Both the position numbers and the translations under genes were made by a program. The notes below the pieces were generated by a model. The model had not been told where the DNA came from. It did not search any database and worked only from the letters and a program-made list of their open reading frames with translations. Positions 19,767 to 33,440 of a stretch of DNA of 64,000 nucleotides are shown here, one piece after another. Source of the stretch: the human T2T-CHM13v2.0 reference genome, Homo sapiens. Every line of letters begins with the position of its first letter. Within the stretch, counting starts at the first letter, position 1. The stretch lies in the NCBI RefSeq assembly GCF_009914755.1, contig NC_060944.1, one strand, 5' to 3'.

Positions 19767-22700
19767 AATGTTCTGCATTTGAATTGTGCTGATGGTTTAC
19801 ACAAGCGTGTACATCTGTCACACCTGTACATTTCAAATGCATTTTATCATATGGAAATTACACCTTGATACAGTTGGTTTTTGTAATGTAAATAAATAAA
19901 TTGTAAAGAAGCTTTTCAGGAAAAAAAAAAACAAAAAAAACAACCCAGCATAGCATTCTGCAAATATCTATCAGGAAAGTCATCAGCTCTACTTTCCAAA
20001 TGGATCCAGAATCCAGCCGCTTCTCACCACCTCCACTTCGACTAGAGAGTGGTCTGTGCCACCGTTCTCTCTCACCTGGATTTTCATAGTGACTGCCATA
20101 CTGGTCTCCTGATTCCACTCTTGCCCCTCTATCCATCCCTAACACAGCAATCAGAGGGATTTTGTTCACATGTGTTAAGTCAGATTACGACACTGCACTG
20201 ACCCTTCTCACTCAGAAGAAAAGCTGAAGTCCTTAGTGACCCACAGGCCCTACCTGACCTCATCCCCATTCACTCCTCTGTGCTCCTCTCCCGCCATCCT
20301 CCCCTTTCCCTCACTGCACTCTAGCCACGAAGACTGCTTTGCTGCTGCACAGGGGCCATGGAACCACCTCAGGGCCTTGGTATTGCTGTTCCCTCTACCT
20401 GTAATGCCCTTCCTCCAGATACCTACATGGCTCACCCTCTTGCCGTCTTCAAGCCTTTACTCAAATGTCATCTTCTCAGTGAAGCCACCCGTGGCCACCC
20501 TACTTACGATTCAACCCGTGCCCAAGGTCTTCTATCTCCCTTCCTTGCTTTATTTTTCCTAGAGCATATCTAGTGCAACATACATTTTGCTTTTTCTTGT
20601 GTTATTGACCATCCCCCCTCACTGGCATGCGAGCTCCTTAAAGGCAAGGATTCTTTTCTTTTTTTGTTCACTGTGGTATCCTCAGTGCCTCGAACTGTGC
20701 CAAATAGGTACTCAGTAAATATGTGCTGGATGAATGAATGCATGAATGAACAGCAGGCATTCCGTAACTGTTTATTCTCTTCTTTCTGTTTTGTCCATCT
20801 GCAAACAGCTCTGTGGAAATGACAGCTCCGGGGAGGTATTTTATGGTTCCTGTTTTACAGATCAGAAAAAACTAAGGCCCATCAAGGACAAAGGACTCAT
20901 CCAAGATGACACAGCTAATAAATATGCCAGAGCCAAACTCACATCCGTGTCTGGCTATGCTCCTCTACTTCTCAGAAGAAATTTTTAAAAATGAAAGGGA
21001 AAAGTGAACAGGCAGAGAGCAGAGAAGATGGTAAACTGGGAGAAAGAGACAAGACATCTAATCTCTGGGTTGGACAACTTTATGAAATTAAATCAACCAA
21101 CCTACCTTTAGCTTCAGTTTGGCATGAGATGGGCTGATGTAGTCCCTTTAAGCCCAAGAAAAACTGAGATTGCAACAGGAGAGCAGCTCTTGGCCACCAG
21201 TTGGGAAGGAAACAGTCAGGCTATATTAGGAAACTTACAAGCAAGTGGCAAGAGGCACAGACACCCAGGGGAGGCTGGGAGTGACAGGGCCCTGGGAAGG
21301 GGAAAAACCAACTCCTGAGGCCACCCCCACTCCAACTCCCTCCAAGACAGGACAGTTCTCCCTGGAGACAGGAAGAATGCATCCACAGAGGGAGAGAGGG
21401 AGGCCGCTGCCCATGGCCATCTGGCTGAGAGGGGCCGTCTGCAGAAGGAAGGGCCTCCTCCGATACCCTTTGGACTGCCTCCTCACTGAGCTTTGTAAAC
21501 CCTGCAGGGCTTCCCACTGTCCCAAAGGAAACGGGGGAGATCCCCAACAGCCCACAAAACCTGGCAGGGGCCGCCCCTGCCACCTCCCCTGCCTCATCTT
21601 GGACTGCTCACCACTCACACTCGCCTTCCCACCTTGGGGCCTTTGCACAAGCTTTCCCCATTTCTTCACATGCTCTTCTCTTCCCTCTTCCCCTGGCCAA
21701 CTTCTATTGACAGTTCTAGCTTTGGCTTAAACGTGATTTCATCCAGGAAGATTTCTTGAGCCCCATTCCCTGAGTGCTGCTGGAAACAGCCACATGTTAT
21801 CATGTCATCCATTTTTCTTAGCACTTTCCACAGGTGCCATTGAATAATTATCATGACCATTTGTTCACCAGAAGCCTCCCCTGCTTGTCTTTGCCTTCCA
21901 AGAGGGAGGAAGCTTTGTCTACCTTATTCTTGCTAAGATGCTAAGCTCCTGGCATCTAGCACAGTTCCCAGGCCCAAGGAAATCCTCGGTAAGCATCCGA
22001 TGAATTTTCAAGTCTTTTCCTGAATGACACTCTTATGTCCTTTGAGAGGCAGGAAAACCATCTTTTTTCCCTCATGACTCGGCATGCAGTAGGTGCTCAG
22101 TAGTGGACAGCACTGGCTGCCAAGGGTGTTCAGGTCCAGATTCAGCAGTTCAAGCCCTGGGAGTTATTGGTGTACATGTAAAATGCTGGTGAAGGCCATA
22201 ACCATGGCAAAAATACGGTCCTGTCCCCCCGATAGGACTCCCGAAATTAATAAAACCTAAATATAGCCTTCTCCTTGCAGTTGCTCTTCTGGTGAGTATA
22301 GAATAACAGGGATTTAAGTCTAAACTCTGACGTTGAATAGTTCTAAGACATGCATAAACTATTTAAGCCTGCGGAGCCTCAGTTTGTCATTCTGTAAAAT
22401 GGAAATCATGATACCTTCTTCATCTGGTTGTTCATACAACCCTTTGCATTTGACAAGCTAGATGAAGACCATGCATTCTTCTAGCTAGGTGCTGGGATAC
22501 AGCCGTGAACTAAGTGGACATGATCGCTGCCAGCAAGGGGCTCAGAGTCTTGTGCCAGGGATAGACTAAATATAATTAACCAATCACAGAAATAAATGCA
22601 GCCATGGCAGCAGTCCAGATGAGAGGTGATGCCCCAGGTCTTGAGTGGCAGGGAGTGGGGAGGGTGGGTTGAAGATTAAATAAACTGTGTGTGAGGCAGC

Positions 22701-23411
22701 TAGCTCAGTGCCTAGGATATAGTAAGTGTTCAATAAACCCTAGATTTTTGACAGGTCAGAGTCTTTGCCCAGAAAGGATTAACTGGAAAGATGAAAAGGA
22801 GCCACACAGAAGACAGAGAGAGCTCAGGAAGAAAATGAGACCAGCTCCAATTTTCTGCCCGGTTTGTAAGTTGTTTGTAAGAAAGCATGTTTGTGCTCTG
22901 GAATACTCAGATTTTGAATATTCCAGAATTTTTAAAAATTCACACAAAAAGAATGGAAAATATCTCATTAATGATTGTATATTGTTTACACACAAAAAAA
23001 ATATTGTGGATAATGAGTTAAATAAAATGTATTATTAAAATTGGTTTCACCTTTTTAAATATGGCTACTAAAAATTTTTAAGTTACATACATAGTTCATA
23101 TTATACTTCCATTAGAAAGTTCTGGTTTAAGTCATTTGGAGTTAGGGTTTTCCTTGACCTGCAGACAAAAGAGTATCTTAATGGATACAGGTAACATCAT
23201 TTTGATTTTACAGTTGGAAAAGCCGAAACTAAGAATTTTAATGACTTGCTCATATTAACACAATGTGGCAGTTGTTGGCAATCACAGCCAAGCGTCCTGA
23301 CTAGTGCTTTCACCTCTAAGAATATGAGAACTTCCCTTACAAGTTAAAAGTTCCAAAATTCTCACCCAAATCTCAGCTCTGAAGAAAGCGTGACCATTTC
23401 GGAAATGCAAG

Positions 23412-24142
<731 letters not shown>

Positions 24143-24317
24143 CCAAGGAAAAGCTGGGAGATCCAGAATCCAGTTTGAGACATCAAAGAGACATATGGGC
24201 CAGACCAGGATTCTGCCTCCAAATACAGAATGGACACTGAGAACACCATCCCATCTGGCCAGTGACACCTTCCTATTTCCAGGGAACTATCTGAGGTTGG
24301 AAGATCAGTGTGCCTCG

Positions 24318-24700
24318 GTGCTACGGTTTAATGTTTGTCCCCCTAAAAAGCTCAAATTGAAACTTAATCCCCAATGTGGCAGTATTGAGAGGTGGGGCCT
24401 TTAAGAGGTGATTAATCCACTCATGGATTCATGGTTTAATTGGTTATGGGAGTGGGGCTGGTGGCTTTATAAGAAGAGGAAGAGAGATCTGAGCTAGCAC
24501 ACTCGGCCCTCTCATCACATGACACCCTGTGCCACCTTGGGACTCTGCAGAGAGTCTCCACCAGTAAGAATGCCACTCCTGATATGACCCCTTGACCTTG
24601 GACTGCCTAGCCTCCAGAACTCTAGGAAATACATTTTGTTTCTTATAAACTACACAGTTTCAGGTATTCTGTTATAAGTAACAGAAAGCAGACTAACACA
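24318..24700 (+). mobile_element. Second MST/MLT1 MaLR LTR
   Basis: TGCTACGGTTTAATGTTTGTCCCC...CAGGTATTCTGTTATAAG...GACTAACACA. Confidence 0.75.
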
Positions 24701-26774
24701 CTGGAGAACTGAACAGAGATGGAGAGAAGGAACGAGGACTAGCTCCTTTCTAGGAGTCCCCATTGCCTATAGAAGTCCTTACCTGATAGTCCAGTTCCTT
24801 CATGACCTGGTTCCAAGTCACTTTCTCAGCCTTGTCTTCCCAAATCCTTCATAGCCCAGTTTCAAACCACCTCCTTCAGGGAACCACCTTCCTTCCTCCA
24901 AATTCTCATTGCCCAAGACATTTATCACTTCTTACTTCCCATGGCAGCTCTCTTGTCTTTATCTTGCCTGTTTTGTCTACCAGCCATCGCTGATCCTTCT
25001 CCAAGTCCTCTCACATAGTACCAGATGTTGGCATAAGATCTTTGGGTGGCCCATAGAAGTGTCATCAACAAATTTCAGACAGTGTTTAAGATGGAGCATG
25101 GCAGATACAGAGTGAGCATCAGAGAGTCCAGGGGTTAATGGCTCTTGTCCAAGCATACCAAGATCAGACCAGGTGAACCAGAAATGCTCACTGTGGTCAG
25201 CACACATGCCCATGCCACAGACACCACACAGATGCTCCTGATTATAAGGGACTCATAGCTTGGCTCTAACCCACCTTGATAAAGACTATGGACCCAGCAT
25301 CCCAGAGAAAGTAAGCCAGGGCTAAGACAGCTTTGGAGGTAGCAAAGAATAATGGAAATCACATGGTCTTCAGATAGACCTGACTCTGAATATCTCTTTA
25401 ATTTTGCTCAATATATTGTTAAAATGAATAGATAAGAAAGTATCCTAACAGATACAGGCATCATCATTTCGATGTTACAATTGGAAAAACTGAAACTAAG
25501 AATTTAAATGACTCTCATGATGACGCACTGCGATACTCCTTAATTCTCTTGGTCTCCACCCTATCTGTCTAGTCCAAGCCACATCCTTTTCTCCCTCGAT
25601 GATGACAGTAGTATCCTCCCTGCCCCCCACTTCAGTTGACCCTTTGCTGCTGCCACTCATCTTCTTCATAAGATGCAACTCTCAGCAGGTTACTCCCCAT
25701 CTTAAAACCCTGCAGTAACTTCCCAGTGCCTTGAGGAGTGTCTCAGGTCAGGATCCCTAGGGAAAAGATTCTGAAGCTGAGATGATGTGTGGGAGATTTA
25801 GCGGGGAGTGCTCTCAGGAAGAGCACGTGTAAGGAAGGAAGCAGGATTTGGCAGTGGAGGAAGCTGAACATCTGCAACAGAATATTCAACTGATCCCAGG
25901 GGGATTTAAGCTGGTATAGCCCTTCAGCGTTGCCCAAAATCAAAGCAAGGGGGCCAGGTCATTACAGTCATTAGATGTGAAGGAGGCAGCTCCCTTTGTT
26001 GGAGAGAAATACCCAGCCAGGATCTGTCAGCTGCTAACACTCCTGGCAGCTCGGGGAATGTGTCCCTGGTCCTAAGGAGTGTCTGAAGGGGTAGCCTAGA
26101 ATCTACTAGAAGGATGAAGTTCAAGCTCCTCACTGTGACCCACAAAACCCTCATGATCTGGGCTTTGCCAATCTCTCCAGCCTCGTCCACCCCACTCTCT
26201 CTCTCTCTGAGTCTGTGCTCCAGCCTTTTCTGGAACACAGCATGCTCAGGTCCCACCTCCAAGCCTTTGCATTTGCTGTCCCTTCTGCCTGCCTGTGCGG
26301 CCTCCCCTGTCACCCAGTTTACCTCTATTCATCCTGCATATCTCAGCTCAAACATCACTTCCTCAAGGACGCCTTCTCTGATTATCAGACCAGACCAGGT
26401 TTCCCTGTTATCAGTTCATAAATTCTTCTATTTTTCCTTCAAAATATGTATCACATTTTGTATTTAAGTAATTGTTAGATGCCGGTCTCTGCTGTTAAGA
26501 TACATGCACTTGGGGGCAGGGACAGGTCTGACTCGCCCACCACAGCATCCCCAGCACTCCATGCAGGGACTCACACATGGAAGACATTCAACAGATACTG
26601 TCAAATGCATTAATAAGCACAGGCTTTGAATAAGGTCTCTTTGAGTCTGTCTCCTCTCAGTAAAGTGAGCATAGCAAGTTTCCTTTGCAAGGTTGCTGTA
26701 TTACATGGTTTATCTAGCAGAGATCTCAGGCTCTCAACAAAGGTTGGCTCCTTTCACTTCATGGGAAAAGACTG

Positions 26775-26886
26775 TAGGGTGACCAGTCATCCCAGTTTGC
26801 CTATGTCTGAGAGGTTTCCTGGGATGTGGAACTTTCAGTGCTAATACCGGGCAGTTTCAGGCAAATTGAGATGGCTGATCACCCTA
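26775..26886. mobile_element. MER81/MER94-like hAT-Blackjack MITE
   Basis: TAGGGTGACCAG...CTGATCACCCTA terminal inverted repeats. Confidence 0.65.
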
Positions 26887-27104
26887 AATTGGGGTGAGAA
26901 GGAAAAAGGGGCATTTCATATTAGTACAATAGTCAGGATATAGTAGCAAACCAGCTCTTTAGGACAAACCAACCAACCAACCTCAGTTTGTACTATTAGT
27001 CAGTTTCCACTGTGTAAATACCCCCACCATGACTGCAAAGTTCCTGAGCTCTCATGAGCCAGTAGGAGCTGGCTCTAGTAACCTGTATGTGTGTATATAT
27101 AAAT

Positions 27105-27414
27105 ATTTTTTGTTTTGTTTTGTTTTGTTTCGTTTCGAGACAGAGTCTCACTCTGTAATCCAAGCTGGAGTGCAGTGGCACAATCACAGCTCATTGCAGC
27201 CTCAACCTCCTGGGCTAAAGTGATCCTCCCACCTCAGCCTCCCAAGTAACTGGGACCACAGGTGCATACCATCATGCTGGCTAATTTTATTTTTTGTAGA
27301 GATGTGGTCTCGCTATGTTGCCCAGGCTGCTCTTGAACTCCTGGACTCAAGCAATCCTCCTGTCTCAACCTCCCAAAGTGTTGCAATCACAGACAGGAGC
27401 CACCAAGCCCAGCT
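27105..27414 (-). repeat. AluJ-like
   Basis: Antisense Alu with a (GTTTT)n tail. Confidence 0.9.
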
Positions 27415-27549
27415 CAATAACCCATATTTAATATGAGCTCTCAGGTTTCTATTGCAAATGTGCCACACAGCCATAGACAACCTCAACTGTGGTGCAAGTG
27501 AGAATATTTCAATCCTGAGAAGGTCACAGCTGGAGTGGAGCTTGGAGAT

Positions 27550-28578
27550 TAAAACCGCTTTTATAAAACTTATGACAGTGAAAAAAATCTGACATAAAAA
27601 TATTTAACAGTAAAAAAAATCGATATAACTGACTCCATCTTACTTCTAACCTCACAAGCTAACTGTCTTCACTCATGCCTGGACATAGACCAAACTAACT
27701 ATTCAAAAATTGAGTTAATAGTTTAAGACAAAAATAATTAACAGTCCTTTCTTGAAACTAACCCCCTCTTTACTCAGTGACCAAAACTGCCTTTATAAAA
27801 TTATGACTCCAGAGAAATATAGCCAGAGGTTACAGAACTTGTAACCTCCCCAGCGACTCCTATAGATAACATCACTACTGTCAAAACCTAAAATTGGCCT
27901 TTAAAATATTTTTTGAACTTTTACATTCTGACGATTCTACCCAGACCTGTGACTCATAGCAAAAAACTAATTCAACCAGTCCTATAACCCCCACCCCGAA
28001 ACTGCCTCAGTATAAAAAAGCCAGCTTCGACTTCCTATAATTTCATCCCCAATCCAACCAATCAACATTTCCCTCTCCCTAGCCCCCTGCCCGCCAAACT
28101 ATCCTTAAAAAATGCTACCTTCCAAACTTTCAGAGACATAAATTTAAATAATAAACCCCCATCCTCCCACTTGACTAGCCCTACATTTATTAAACTCTTC
28201 CTCTACGATAATACCATTGTCCTAATAAGTTAATTTTATCCATACAACAAACAAACAAAGGCTGGGTGCTGTGGCTTACACCTGTAATCCTAGCACTTTG
28301 GGAGGCCAAGGTGGGTGGGTCACGAGGTCAGGAGTTCAAGACCATCCTGGCCAACATGGCAAAATCCTGTCTCTACTAAAAACACAAAAATTAGCCTGGC
28401 GTGGTGGCGCATGCCTGTAATCCCAGCTACTCAGGAGGCTGAGGCAGAGAATTGCTTGAACCCAGGAGACGGAGGTTGCAGTTAGCCGAGATCGTACCAC
28501 TGCACTCCAGCCTGGGCGACTGAGAGAGACTCCGACTCAAAACAAACAAACAAACAAACAATTCATCAGACGATGATA
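27550..28578 (+). mobile_element. ERV1 solo LTR (MER4D/LTR8-like), G-to-A hypermutated, interrupted near its 3' end by an Alu
   Basis: Starts TAAAACCGC (family start TGAAACCGC), contains GACTCCATCTT.CTTCTAACCTC and CCCTAGCCCCCTGCCCGCCAAA, and is flanked by a 4-bp TSD AGAT (27546-27549 / 28579-28582). Confidence 0.8.
28260..28560 (+). repeat. AluS inside the ERV1 LTR
   Basis: Full-length Alu with an (AAAC)n tail; LTR sequence resumes after it. Confidence 0.9.
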
Positions 28579-29071
28579 AGATCTTCTAGTCCAAGCCCAT
28601 AAGTAATCCATCACATAGGCCACTTATTCCCCATCCTGTGTCCACAACTGACATTGCTAATGGGTCATGAGGCTGAGTAGCATTATAGCCTACAGTCCCC
28701 ACTCACCACTTCCGCAGGTAGCCACACCCAATTAGCCAGTGTTGTGTGTGAGAAAATCTGCTTACCTTCATGGGTAAGTGTAGTCTTATTCCTTCATTAT
28801 ACGGGGAAGGAAGCTTAGGCTCAGAGAGGTAGAGGGACCTGCCCAAGGCCACACAGCCCAGGAGTAGCTCAGCTGGGACTGAAGAACAGGTCCCTTGCCT
28901 CAATTGCTCTTTCAACGCTGCCTTGCATTGAAAAGCTGAGTACCCAGAGTAGGGAGAAACAAAGGGAGGCCATCCAGGATTCTGAGGCTACATTCTGGAA
29001 AACTGTGCTTAGACACCCCCACCCCCAACCCTTTTTGCATCCTGAGGGCTCCTTATTACGTCTACATGTAA

Positions 29072-29645
<574 letters not shown>

Positions 29646-31147
29646 AATTTTAAAAGTCATATGCTCATTGCAAAAAAAATCCAAACAAGAGAAGAGTATA
29701 TAAAAGAAAACACCTTTGTCCGGTCTCCCCAGGGTAACTCCTGTTAATGATTTAGATCCTTCCAGGCCTTTTCCTGCCAATTTGCAACTGTATACTGATC
29801 ACAAATAGACTAAAAGATTAGCTGTTCACCAGTCTGCCACTGACCCCATCTCTGAGAACACTACCTAGCACCTAGCAGGCACTCAATAAATATTTGCCAA
29901 ATGGCTTTTGTTCACTTATAATGGCTTAGATTTCTTTCTGTATGAATATAGGTGGGTCCACCTCTGTCTTTTTAAAGTCCTGTTGTACTTCATCGCATGG
30001 TCTCATAAATTAACAGTCCCTTCGGTGAGCATTTAGACTGCGTTACATTTTTCCCGTAACAATCCCAAGGCCTTGCTCTCTGGCTCGCCTGCAAGGCTGG
30101 CACCAAAGTCCCTTCCCATGGCTTCCAAATGCCGCTGTCCATCAAATCTCCATAGTCTCTGGTTTCCTGGGATCACCAACAGACAACCCGAAGCGGAGGA
30201 GCTGGCGGCATTTGGGACCAGCTCCCAGGAGCAGGGTCAGGTTGCAGCGGGTGGATGACAAGTCCCTGAGCCCGCAAGGCTCCACCACCCCTACATCCAG
30301 AGGCTGCTGCCCCAGATGATGCCCCGTGGCTCACCCCCAGAAGCAGGGGATTAACCAGGAGGCATCTCCTGGGTGCTGACAGCCCTGGAGCCTGTGGCCT
30401 GGGGAAAAGGCCCATTTCCAGGCCTTGGGTCAGCTCAGCAACCCTAAGGGCCTTGGAGAGCAGAAATGATTGTGTGTGCAGAAGGCAAGAAAGGTCAAGG
30501 GGAGAGGGTCTAAAAGGAGACCCACCTACCTGTGCACAGGCCTGCCCAGAAACCCAATGCCCATGGACACTTCCAACAGGCATCTCTCACCCATGGTGTC
30601 CAGTACTGAACTCCTGACCCTCCCTCCTCAAACCCTCACCCCATCTCAGTTCATGGCAACACCATCCTTCCATGGTTCAGGCAAAAGCCTTGGGACCATC
30701 TTTAACTCCTCTTTCTCTCAATCCTATCCAGTCTATAAGTTTTGCTTCAAAATGTGTCTTCTCACCACCTCTGCTACTACAAGGTAGTGGTGCAAACCAC
30801 CATCTTCTCACCAGTCATAATGTAATAAACTCACTACCAGGTCTCCATGCCACCTCCCCTCACCTAATACCTATTTTCCCAAAACAGCCTTTTCTCAACA
30901 CAAGAGCTAAAAGAATCTCATCAAATGGGTCAGATCCTATCTGTCTTTTTTTTTTTTTTTTTTTTTTTAGAGATAGGGTCTCACTGTGTTGCCCAGGCTG
31001 GTCTTGAACTCCTGGGCTCAAGCAATCCTCCTGCCTTGGCCTCTTAAAGCGCTGGCCTTCTCTGTACATCCCATCAAGGGTACATACTGTAGGTTTGTCT
31101 GTCACTGATGATGTTAAATTTGATCACTTTGTTAAAAGGTAGCCATA

Positions 31148-31442
31148 GGCCGGGCACAGTGACTCATGCCTATAATCCCAGCAATTTGGGAAGCTGAGGC
31201 AGGAGGATGGCTCGGGCTCAGAAGTTTGAGACCAGCCAGGGCAACATGGAGAAACCCCGTCTCTACAAAAAAATTAGCCAGGCATGGTGATGTGTGCCTG
31301 TAATCCTAGGTACTTGCAGGCTGGGGTGGGAGGATCACTTGAGCCCAGGAGGTCGAGGCTGCAGTGAGCCGTGATTGTACCATTGCACTCCAGCCTGGGT
31401 GACAGAGCAAGACCCTGTTAAAAAAAAGAAAAAGAAAAAAAA
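31148..31442 (+). repeat. AluJ-like, tail abutting the short-isoform poly(A) site
   Basis: Alu consensus; tail AAAAAAAGAAAAAGAAAAAAAA; TSD-like AAAAGGTAGCCATA / AAAAGGTATCCATA. Confidence 0.9.
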
Positions 31443-31444
31443 GG

Positions 31445-32589
31445 TATCCATAAAGGATTCCAATTTAATTAAAAATAGAAATAATAAAAACATGGTACAT
31501 GCCATCCAGAGTGTCCCCTGCAGGCTGCATGCAGCTGTCCAGCCTCCATGTGTGACTCCAGCTCTACCCCATCCACAGCAATGGGCAGCCAGCAGTGGCA
31601 GGAAGACCTCCAGGCACAAGGTGCTCATTCCTGGCCTGGAGCAGGGGTCACTCTGGAGTTCCTAGCACACCTGGGCTGCTCTGTGGATTCTGCCAGGCAC
31701 AGATCTGTGCCAGGCAACTCTCATCAGTTCCCTTTAAGCAGGGAGTGAAAGTTACACGGGAGGGAGGTGTGCCAGCCCTAACTTCTCTCCTACTCTGTGG
31801 CTTCAGCTCGGGAAGGGATAGGTGAGAACAAGGATAACCCTCCAAGGCAGGAAGTCTATGGCAGGAAGCAACCCTGTCCCCCTCGCCCCACACCCCACCC
31901 TCAACCAGGGCCCTCAGAAAATGAGACTCGGCATTCCTCATGAGGGTGTGGAGGGCAGGGCCTGCTCCGGGGAACAGCTGCTGGGCACGGAATTAGCAGG
32001 TCCCGGAAACAAGCAAGCTCGATGAATCCCAGAAGCCTGGCCTCGGACAGGGGCACGTCTGCAGAGATTTGGCCAATCGGGCACATGAATCACTGAAAAC
32101 AAGGCCGTGGACAGGAAAGACTAATACGGTCCGCTTTTCTGTTCTGCTAAGGGTCTGCTGTGCTCTCCTGGGGTCTCCATAGAATGCCCAGAAGCTGCCA
32201 AGACAGCAGCTCAGCTGACTGTCACGCTGATGCCTGGCTGTGAACTGGGACATGAGATTTCCAAGATGAGGTTAAATTATGCTGATTCTACATTCGAAAT
32301 GGAATCATGTCTGGCATGGATTCCATCTACACTGGCAGGACTCAAGGCAGAACTAAGCGAATCAAAGTCTTGTCTTATTTACTGTTCCAAAGTCAAAAAC
32401 TCGTTTTTGTCCTCAATTATCCTCCCGAAGACAGTGACAGCTATGGTTCAGGCCATCCTGAATTAATTCACCCTTTGGAATGTGAAGGAAATACGGGAAT
32501 ATATATTTTGGCATTTCCTATGTGCCAGGCATGATGCTCAGTGCTTCATTGTCTTGTTTCATTGTCTCGACCATATTCTGAGGGCGATT
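31445..32589 (-). other. JPH2: 3'UTR of the short JPH2 isoform
   Basis: Runs from the TAA at 32590 to a candidate poly(A) site near 31445-31450. Confidence 0.6.
31464..31469 (-). terminator. Intronic poly(A) signal ATTAAA for the short JPH2 isoform
   Basis: Minus strand reads TGTA(31499-31496)...TTTTTAATTAAA, followed ~20 nt later by a U-rich run. Confidence 0.6.
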
Positions 32590-32720
32590 TTAACACATCC
32601 CTAAAGGAAAAAAGGAAACAGAAGCTCAGGGAGGTTACATGGTGCACCCAGGTTCATATGGTTAAGAACCGGCACAGCTGGGATTTGAACCCAGATCTGC
32701 CTACTCTAAGTCTCAGTTGC
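32510..32720 (-). mobile_element. MIR SINE, sense to JPH2, overlapping the alternative exon acceptor
   Basis: Plus strand reads CTATGTGCCAGGCA...AGGAAACAGAAGCTCAGGGAGGTTA...CAGCTGGGATTTGAACCCAG, the reverse complement of the MIR core. Confidence 0.75.
32590..32600 (-). CDS. JPH2: JPH2 alternative terminal exon, coding part (short 129-aa isoform ending ...ADGGMC*)
   Basis: Strong acceptor TGTTTCCTTTTTTCCTTTAG|GG ATG TGT TAA, phase-compatible with exon 1 (379+11=390 nt). Agrees with my recollection of an annotated 129-aa JPH2 isoform. Confidence 0.8.
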
Positions 32721-32829
32721 TTAAATATCACATGTCTTCCTTTAGTAATATCAGATTCTCTCAGGGCCTCTACACTTGATTTTCAATAACAGTCAAACTA
32801 TTTTAAGTTAAAAGAGATTCCTTTTCACC

Positions 32830-33440
32830 TGAAAAACAAAAACAAAAAGATCCACTAGAACTAAGAAATTAACTGAGCAAGGTAAAAGAATTCAAAGTCA
32901 ATATACAAAAATAGTTGTATTTCTATAAACTAGCAGTGAACAATTGAAAAAATAAAATGTTAAATGCCGTTTACAATAGCACAGAAAATAAAATATCTAG
33001 GGATAAAATTAACAAAAGATGTGTAAGACATTGAATTCTCTAAAACATTGCTGCGTGAAATTAAAGAAAACCTAAACAAATAGGGATATATACCATGTTC
33101 ACGGGTTGGAAGCCTCACTGCTAATAAGATGTCCATTCTCTCAAACTGATCTATAGATTTAATACAGTCTTCATCAAAATCCCAGCAGGCCTTTTTCAGA
33201 AATCAAGAGGCTGGTTTTCTTTTCTTTGTTTGTTTTGTTTTGTTTTTGTTTTTGAGACAGGGTCTCACTCTGTTGCCCAGGCTGAAGAAGCTGGTTTTAA
33301 AATGGAAATGATCCAGAATAATCCAATTTTGAACAGGAAGAGCAAAGTTGAAGAATTTACTCTGATTTTATGACAATATAAAGCTACAGTAACCAAGGCA
33401 GCATGACATTGGCATAAAGATAGACAAACTGATCAACAGA
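32830..33440 (+). mobile_element. Old L1 ORF2 fragment with small Alu piece
   Basis: CTACTAGAACTAA-like start, CCATGTTCACGGGTTGGAAG, AAAGCTACAGTAACCAAG motifs. Confidence 0.7.

Noticed and set aside
21221-21730. Overlapping 120-161 aa ORFs on both strands in intron 1
   Set aside because: Mostly non-ATG starts, no domain-like composition and no convincing splice context; partly L2-like sequence.
31469-31478. Perfect MEF2 site TTAAAAATAG
   Set aside because: It lies in the AT-rich poly(A) signal region and is better explained by 3'-end processing elements or by chance.
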